Source: the human T2T-CHM13v2.0 reference genome, Homo sapiens. Taken from it: a stretch of DNA of 64,000 nucleotides. Where the stretch lies: assembly GCF_009914755.1 (NCBI RefSeq), contig NC_060925.1; one strand, written 5' to 3'. Shown here piece by piece: positions 1-64,000 of this stretch; the stretch's first letter is position 1, and each line of letters begins with the position of its first letter. The notes beneath the pieces were generated by a model that worked only from the letters and a program-made list of their open reading frames with translations, searched no databases and had not been told where the DNA came from. Both the position numbers and the translations under genes were made by a program.

Positions 1-352
<352 letters not shown>

Positions 353-386
353 TAATTTTTTTTTCAAGCAAAGAAAATTTAATCCT

Positions 387-696
<310 letters not shown>

Positions 697-1119
697 TTAA
701 TCCTATTGCTTCAAGGAATTGTGGCCTTAGTTTGAAAGGCTAAAATCAATTTCCACATCTGAGATAAACACTGGGTACCAGGAGCATGATCTATAATTAA
801 ACCCCAAGGGATAGTGCTTCTCTCTCTTGATTATATAAATTGTGATAGGAAAGGCTTCCCTTTTTCATAAGTACTTGGTGTCCCCTTATGCCAGGGTATT
901 TTCCTGGTGACCCTAGGGCTCCAGAAAGCTCGTTAGTCATATGTCATAGTCTTGGCCAGAGAATAGACTCCTAAGCTATTTAACACAGTTACACGTTAAA
1001 GGGATATTATTCCTAGAAATCTTAGGCTGGGTAGCTTTGAGGGCATCTAGACCACCCAGTGCAGAAATTTCTTTTAGAACATTAGTTGTAAAATAGGAAT
1101 ATGCATAAAAGTCATGTGA

Positions 1120-2130
1120 TGTACCCATTTAATCTTTTTCTCTTTGCTCTTTAGTTTGATTCATTTCTATTATTGATCTTCAACTCAACTGATTCTTTCT
1201 TCTGTCATTTCCAATCTGCTGTTAAGCCCCATCCAGTGAATTATTTCAGCTATATTTTTCCGTTTTAGATTTCCATTTGGTACACTTTTTACGGTTTCTA
1301 TTCCTCTGCTGAGATTTCCTATTTGTTCAATCATTACAAGCATATTCCTTTATGTCCTTGAGCATATAATAGCTTTTAAAAATCCTTGTCGCATAAAAAA
1401 ATAAAAATAAAAAAAATCCTTGTCTGTTAATTTTAACATTAGATGGGTCATCTTGGGGTCCATCTCCACAGATTACCTTTTCTCTTGTGGAGGGATCATG
1501 TTTTCCTGTTTCTTCACGTGTTTACTAATTTGGGATTGCTCTGAACACTACAAATGATATATTTTAGAGACTCTGGACTCTGTTACACTTCTTGGAAGTG
1601 TGTTGACTTGTTTGTCTGAATATTCCATTAACTTCATCTCCCTTGCAGTGGATGCAGCTATGATCTTTGTGTAGATCTTTAGCCTTGGCTGGGCTGCTTA
1701 GAGTCTATCCCACACATCCATGGCGCAGGGGTCAGCCAGAGATTCGGAGAGAGTTTATACACAGAACTTGGGGCTCCCCCTTAGTGACTCTTTCCTTTCC
1801 AGGCTACCTGCCTTCACTTTCCAGGTGCTGTGGCCACCCTGAACTCTGTCCTCTGGTTATTCAAGCCAGTAAGATTGAGTTTTTATAAGTTTGGCTGCCT
1901 CGTTGGGTGCCAACTGGGGCTTGCCCAAGGTGAATAAGCCATAAAACTTGCAAGCCTACCCAGTGCCTTTACCATCTTCCAAGCAATCCCTTCTTCCAAG
2001 GTTACCTCTGCTTGCTATTGGTTGCTCACCAGTGCCTTTCCACAGTTGTTTTTTATATTTTGTCTAGAATTTTTAGCTGTTTTCTGCGGGAGAGTTGGTC
2101 TCATAAGAGCAACTCTGCCACTACCAGAAG
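1120..2130 (-). mobile_element. Old L1M-type LINE fragment
   Basis: T-rich degenerate L1-like text (ctgattctttcttctg...ctgctgttaagcc...catccagtgaatt); subfamily uncertain. Confidence 0.55.
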
Positions 2131-3130
2131 GAGAATTAGGCCTTGTCGTGCTTACATAAAAATGCAGGTTCAGATGCCACGGTCAGACAAGCTGACTCAG
2201 CAGGCTTGGGGGGAGGCCCAAGAACCTACAACTTCAGAAGTGCTGTAATTGACTCCACTAACCACTCTTTCACAGCATTCCTGAATCATTCAGTCTCTGT
2301 TCAAATACTTCCCATCATATTTATTCATTATGCACATAATCACAGAAAATCTAGCCTATGCTATATTTATTTACCAGGAAAAACGACAACAAAAAACCCA
2401 AACTCAAAATTAGTGTTAGCAATACTATAAAACTCTCATGTTCAACATGGAGGAGGCTGCATAAGCTCAGACTCAATGCATTGGTTTGTAAGTTGCATCA
2501 TGGAGCCATGGGAATGGCAGTCAAATTTCCTAACAGCTTGAATCAAAGCAATCAGATTAAGATAAAGTGGGCTTGTCCTTTAGCAGATAGAGGCCTCTAT
2601 ATGTGTAAGAGGTTTTCTTCAAAAAGCTAATAAACCTAAAGAAGGGAAATTTTTCTCTCCCCATTGCACAGAAAAAAAATAAATAAATAAAATTAAAATG
2701 AAAAAGGAAAAGACCAAGCCAGGTCATATAGATAGGATTTGAGAAAGTCCAGAAACTAGAATTCTGGTTATGTCTTACAGTACTAGACTTTAAGTTCCTC
2801 AAGGACAAACTATACCAACATTTTTAACTACTATAAGCTCAGTACTGGCACAGTGCCTGGTCAATAAATATTTGCTAAATGAGTAAAAAAAAGAAATTTT
2901 CTGGGGCCAGGTTACCGAGTGAGTGACCTGCGTCAAAAGGAATCAGGCATCAGAGAGAACAGGCTCTAATAGAACTCTTATCAGAAGAAGAAAAAATCCT
3001 ACATGGTCAGTAATTAAACACAATTAAATTTAGAAAACTTCAAAGACTGGCCTGCCTCAATTTTCCCACCAAAGGGAGTGCTTAATTCTTGCCCTTATTT
3101 TTCTAGCACTGGTATTACAGGTACACTTAC

Positions 3131-28542
<25,412 letters not shown>

Positions 28543-28732
28543 GGTTCAGTTGTGCTCAGCCCAGTTGTGAGAAATGAAAACGTAATGACTTGTCTGCAAC
28601 AGAACAAAGCCAGAGTTAGAGTCATACCACAAGACCGACGGACCTCCTCAGCAACCACAAGGCTCATTTTCCCTCTCACTTAAAGAGCAAGCCAAAGCAA
28701 ATGAAAAACCATCCTTGGGAATAATTTTTTTA

Positions 28733-28894
<162 letters not shown>

Positions 28895-30202
28895 CTAATA
28901 AAAAAAAAAAAAAAAGAAAAAGAAAGAAAAGCAATGCTTTTCAAAAACTGAATAAGTTCATAAGACCTTCTGAATACGCCTGTCAAACAATTTGAAACTT
29001 GGTCAAAATATTTAAAGGGGACAAAAGAGCAAACAGAACAGCAGCTGCTGAAAGGCTGAGTTGCTACAAATCTTAAGGGAAACTCCATCCATTCAAATAT
29101 CCTCCAAATCAGACCACGAGGCAGTAAATGGTTTCATGCAGTTTATGGTAGAAGGAGCAAGGCTTTGGAGGCAGAGTCATCTACCTACAAATCCTGTCTT
29201 TGCCTTTTACTACATGGGTAACTTTTCTGTGCCTCATTTTTCTTACGTGCAAGGTGGGACCAGTAATTCCTGTTCTCTCAAAGTTTTTATAAGAAATAAA
29301 AGAGGCAACATATGTAAAGCACAATGTTTGGTAAATAGTAGAGGAACAAGTATGAATTCCTTCCCCCCTACCTAGAACAGATGTTTCAACCTTCTGGGTG
29401 GAAGGGCTATTCCTCAATCAGGCACAAACAACGAAGATCACTGTATCTATTTATGTCCTAAAACAATATGGTGTCAACAAGAAGTTATGGTTCTGTGGTG
29501 GGCTCTCGTCCCTGAATCAATTGAGTCTTATTATTTTTGTTTCTACAGCTCCTAGCATAGTACACTGATACTATGATAAGAGTTCAGGAAATGTCAGCTA
29601 AATGACTGAAAGACATGGCTACCTACTCTCTCGTGAAGATATACTATCTTGGGAAGATACATTCTCTTGAGAAAAATACCACATTTGAAGCTTTCATGTT
29701 CTGGAATAGTGATTCTTCCTTCATCTGCAAACACAGGCTCTACAAATGTGGGTTTGGCAGGCAGAATAGAGAATTTTAAAATAATCAGCACATCCCTTTT
29801 AGTTTTCAGTCTGGCTTTGCGCTTTATCTTTCTCTTCTGCTCTGGGTTAGAAAGTGAGCCTTTACTTAGTGGGATGGCTAGACAGTTACCAGAGACAGGC
29901 CAAAGGATTGGATCCGGGAGGTACCGGCCCGACCCCTAGCTCTGGCTTACGCAACCCCACAGATGTACATTTCGCTGCATCTGAGCAGAGAGAGAAGAGC
30001 ACCGAGGGCCCCAGTGGGCTGCCCCGGCACCCTCGGCGGCAACGCGGAGACCAACTGTCCGAAACAAACAAGACCAGGAGGTTTGAGGGTAGCCAACGAG
30101 GAGTGCGAACAGAGCCCCCTTGAGAGGAGGCTGGGAAAAGGAACCTGTCTGGGATAGCCCCCAGCACAGGGCTACACAGAAAAATCCGAAGACAAGCTGG
30201 GG

Positions 30203-30339
30203 GTCTCCAAGCAAGGAGGAGAGGGGCAGGGTCCGGGTCTCCATGGAAACAGGGAAGGGGGGCTGGATACCCATCCCCATGGAAACGGAGAAGGGGTGGG
30301 GTCCCTATGGTGACCAAACTGAGGTCTCTATTGGGAAAT
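30203..30339. promoter_or_regulatory. Cluster of RFX X-box motifs in MTF1 intron 1
   Basis: GTCTCCATGGAAAC 30237-30250, ATCCCCATGGAAAC 30273-30286, GTCCCTATGGTGAC 30301-30314, plus two degenerate copies. Confidence 0.6.
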
Positions 30340-30414
30340 GCTTCAGGAGGGAGCCTAAGTCCCGCGCCTCCCGGTAAGTCCCAAGCCCAGGCCGAGTCTA
30401 GTTTCGCCTTTTAC

Positions 30415-30505
30415 CTCCGCGGCTCCCGGCAACGGCGGCAGCAGCAGCTTCTCCCCTCCCCAGCGGCACCATGATTGCCCCCACCTTCCCCTAACGTCAC
30501 TTCCG
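30415..30505 (-). other. MTF1: MTF1 exon 1 (5'UTR); 5' end approximate
   Basis: Donor GCGGAG|gtaaaa (GT at 30414-30413) within the CpG island; TSS cannot be fixed from sequence. Confidence 0.8.
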
Positions 30506-30510
30506 CTTCC
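30494..30510 (-). promoter_or_regulatory. Composite ETS (GABP-type)/CRE half-site GGAAGCGGAAGTGACGT
   Basis: Plus-strand acgtcacttccgcttcc immediately upstream of the exon 1 body. Confidence 0.7.
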
Positions 30511-31559
30511 TCTTTCCGGAGGAAGGTGGGGACAGAGGATCCGCCCCTCCCTGGCGCCTCTGGTTGGCTCAGGTTGTCAGGGGGCTGAGCTGCAGCCTCC
30601 AATTGGCGAGCGGGGCACCGAGGGGAAGGCGCCCAGGAGGTGGGTTCATCCGCGTGGGGAAGCGCCCGGGGTGGCCACGCGGGGCCCGGAGGGTGTCGCC
30701 CTCGCGGCACCGGAGTCAAGGAGAAGGGAACGAATCCCCAAGGAAGAATCCGAAATGTCCTCAGCCAGGTTTGCGCTGACCGCCCTCGCCCTGGCAGCCA
30801 CAGCCGCAGCGGGAAGGACCACAGTTGGCAGTCAGAACCCTGGCTCCAACCCGCCAGGGGAGCCTGGACGGCCGCGACGTTCCCGGGTTTCTCCTGCCGG
30901 GACCCCGGCCTTCCCTTCAGCACCCATCAAAGTTAACACAGGCAGGAGGCCCAGAAAGGAAGACAAGACCCCAAAGGCAGAACTAAGAGTATTCTAAGCC
31001 CAGCTGGAGAGGACGCCGCCGCCTCTTCCCCTTCTCACGCGCTTGCCTAGGACCCCCAGCTCCCTTCTCACGCGCTTGCCCAGGCTGGCGGTCCCAACTT
31101 TCTTCCCCTGCAAGAGGACGCGGCTACGGCGGGACTCATGCCCGGGCCAGTTAGCGCCACCTACCGGCCACTCCCTTCCTTTCACCGTTCACATTGTCCT
31201 GCTGGCCCGCGTCTTAAACCCATTTCACAGTGCCCAGAAGTAGTGGGCATTCGTACCCAGGAAGCGATTCTGCCTTCGTTATGCCCCTGTCCTTTCCAAA
31301 TGCCTGGAGGATCTAGCTGTTAGATCCTCCCAGCTGCCACTGCCTGTTTTAACCATAAGCTGCTTCTCTCGAATATTCAGAGTGGGACAACTCCAAAGAC
31401 CAGACCAGGGGTCAAGGGGTTCAGGTCAGTGCCATAACCATTTCTTGCTGGAAGTATGTGAATAGTGACTGGTACCCACCAGACTGCCAGGAATATGTCT
31501 CTTTGGCCCCAAGGCTTGAGCCACAAAATCCAGCTGCAGCGAACTGCCATCTCTTAAGA

Positions 31560-31620
31560 CATAAAAACATACACAACCGCCACTGTTAAAAATACATTTA
31601 TCATTAAAATATATTACACA
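31560..31620 (-). terminator. Candidate distal INPP5B poly(A) site (variant GATAAA)
   Basis: Minus strand TGTA...GATAAA (31602-31597)...AACA followed by GU/U-rich GGTTGTGTATGTTTTTATGT. Confidence 0.6.
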
Positions 31621-31713
31621 TGGAGACAGGATGCATCATATACAGTTTGGAAGACTTGCTGGCCCAGAAAATCCCACTTGTTTCACCGAACACTCATTTT
31701 TTCAGTGATTTTA

Positions 31714-32010
31714 CATTTTATTTTTAGAGACGGGGTCTCCCTCTCTCACCCGGGCTGGCGTACAGTGATGTGGTCATAGGTCACTGCAGCCTCAAACTCC
31801 TGTGCTCAAGTGAGCCACCCACGTCAGCCTCCCAAGTAACTGGGACCACAGGCATGCATCACCACACCCAGCTAATTTTTTAAAAATGTTTTTGTAGAGA
31901 GGGGGTCTCCCTGTGTTGCCCAGCCTGGTCCCAAACTCCTGGTCTCAAGTGATGCTCCCACCTCAGTCTCCCAAAGTGCCGAGATTACAGGCGTGAGCCA
32001 CTGTGCCTGG
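31714..32010 (-). mobile_element. AluJ in the INPP5B 3'UTR
   Basis: Alu on the minus strand, i.e. sense in the mRNA. Confidence 0.85.
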
Positions 32011-32260
32011 TCATTTTAATTTTTTAAATGCCTGTATTGCCCTCAGAGGCTGAGCAACCAGCCTCAGAGTTATTGAGCCATTATCTGGGCAGGAACGGGG
32101 GTCGAGTTTGCATATGCATATACACATCCTCAGACAGAGCACTGAAAGCATCTGAGGTGGCTGTAGCCTATTTTATCCAGCAGCTTCTGCCTGCATTCTT
32201 GCCATCCAACTCATTGGCCTTTCAGGACTTTCCATCAAATATCTGATCATGGGGATCTCA

Positions 32261-32982
<722 letters not shown>

Positions 32983-32987
32983 TCAGT

Positions 32988-32993
32988 TTTATT
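32988..32993 (-). terminator. Candidate proximal INPP5B poly(A) signal AATAAA
   Basis: tttatt on plus strand, about 205 nt after the stop, with U-rich sequence downstream. Confidence 0.55.
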
Positions 32994-33198
32994 ATGGTGG
33001 ATTTTCTCCCGTGTCTTCACGACTCACAGCGCTGAGTGTGCTAACCAATGGTGGGCTTAATTGGGGTACTAGGCTCAGGAAATAGCTGCCATTCTTGCTA
33101 CCAAGTGGCCTCACATAATTATCTTAAGGCATCTCTTGAGCTGAAACAGGTGGGGCTGGTAATTGGCAGCCTCAAGTAAAATAGGAGGAGAGAGAGGC

Positions 33199-62734
<29,536 letters not shown>

Positions 62735-63594
62735 CTAGGAATTATTGGTAGTCCACATATTGCTTCAAAGGGCCTATGCTGATGTCTGGGTGAAGTCCCA
62801 CAGACCATACACAGAAGGAGAAAAAAGTATCTCATCCAGGTATCTTTACTGCTGAAAGTGTAACTATTCCAGCTAGTCTAACTCCCTTTTCTTGGATAAA
62901 GGGTACATTAAGGAAAGAATAAAACCATGAAATCTGAAAACCTGAGTTTTATCACCTGCTTTATTATTTATTACCTCCTGACTTTGGAAAAGCCATCTAA
63001 CCTCTCTCAATCTCAGTAATTTGACCTGTCCTGCCTTCTTCACAGGTTTAATGTAGGGTCAACTGAGTTGACATATGAGTAGGCACTTTAAAAGCAATAC
63101 AACATATTATAAAACATAACATAGCGACTTCCACTCTGAAGAGGAGAAAGGCAAGGGTCAGAGATTAAAACTGGAAATAGTCTAAGAGCTCTAGAAAATG
63201 AGAAGCGCTTGTCATTGTTGACAAATTGCCTTGAAAACCAAAGAGCCCAAGGGCCCAACCCAGAAATATTTTGGGAAAGTCGTTAAACCAAGATAAACCT
63301 GGAAAGGAAAATTAATCTGCCAATAGCTTCTCTGCTCTTTAAAAGCCAGATCTCTTGTCAACAGGGAACAACATGAAGCGGTCACAGAGAGATGTGATTT
63401 TAAAACCCAAGTTATGGGAAGGAGCTCTGGAGGAATGAAACACCACTGAAGAATTTTGCTGCGAAGACTATTACTAAACATGGATTTCTCAACCATGCAT
63501 TCACATGAACCAGAAAAAAACTTTTGAAAAAAGAAAGCATAATCATTTGAACATGAAAATAATTACACCTCAATGCCTCCAATCAATCACCAAA

Positions 63595-63905
63595 TGCTAT
63601 AGACTGATTATTTATACCCCTGCCCAAAGTCATATGTTGAAATCCTAACCCCCAAGATAACATACTAGGAGTTGGGGCCTTTAGGTGTGAGGTGTTTAGG
63701 TCACAAGGGTGGAGCCCTCATGATTGGGATTAGTGCCCTTATAAGGGTTGAGGAGACTAGAGTTCCCCTTTTGCTATGTGAGAACACAGTGAAAAAAGAC
63801 AGCTGCCACTAAGCCAGAAAGCAGGCCCTCACCAGACATTGAATCTGCCAGCACCTTGATCTTGGACTTCTCAGCCTCCAAAACTGTGAAAAATAAATCT
63901 CTGAT
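63595..63905 (+). mobile_element. MLT1A/B-like MaLR LTR
   Basis: TGCTATAGACTGA...GGGATTAGTGCCCTTATAA...CACCTTGATCTTGGACTTCTCAGCCTCC. Confidence 0.8.
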
Positions 63906-64000
63906 CTCTGCTTTTGTTTTGTGGTGTTTTTCCTGTATGTTTTTTTATTATTTTCTTTTTCTTTTTTTTTTTTTTTTTTTTTTTTTGGGACAGGGTCTCC

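Larger units (their letters stand above)
29900..31270. promoter_or_regulatory. CpG island / TATA-less MTF1 promoter
   Basis: GC- and CpG-dense block around exon 1; GC box CCGCCC 30541-30546; overlapping CCAAT/ATTGG 30599-30606. Confidence 0.88.

Noticed and set aside
29854-31323. Overlapping long ORFs (up to 170 aa) in the CpG island
   Set aside because: Expected from stop-poor GC-rich sequence; mostly non-ATG starts and no recognisable domains
63212-63496. 94-aa minus-strand ORF as a further INPP5B exon
   Set aside because: No resemblance to INPP5B/OCRL sequence that I can recognise and no convincing in-phase splice pair

Overview
Alu-rich primate (most likely human) genomic DNA holding two tandem minus-strand genes. 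The first is the 5' part of MTF1 (metal-responsive transcription factor 1): non-coding exon 1 near 30.4-30.5 kb and coding exons 2-7 down to 3131, including all six C2H2 fingers. The second is the 3' part of INPP5B (type II inositol polyphosphate 5-phosphatase): 17 coding exons from 62330 to the stop at 33199, covering the 5-phosphatase, ASH and RhoGAP-like domains and the CaaX end CNPL. All splice junctions were read by hand and the reading frames close. INPP5B appears to end only about 1.1 kb upstream of MTF1 exon 1. Other content: a processed RPS2 pseudogene, a 3'-truncated U6 retrocopy, roughly 65-70 Alus, and L1/L2/L3/MIR/MER/Tigger/MLT relics (repeat family names and boundaries are by eye). 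Most interesting observations: a clear U12-type intron in INPP5B with an adjacent (UG)13 tract and decoy donors; an orphan GC-rich poly(A)-tailed insert inside a four-layer nested repeat; an RFX X-box array in MTF1 intron 1; a strong-Kozak spliced uORF in the MTF1 leader whose frame an INPP5B-MTF1 read-through splice would share; and poly(A)-site choice that would gate an inverted-Alu 3'UTR. I see no firm evidence for a wholly new gene system; the regulatory items are testable hypotheses.
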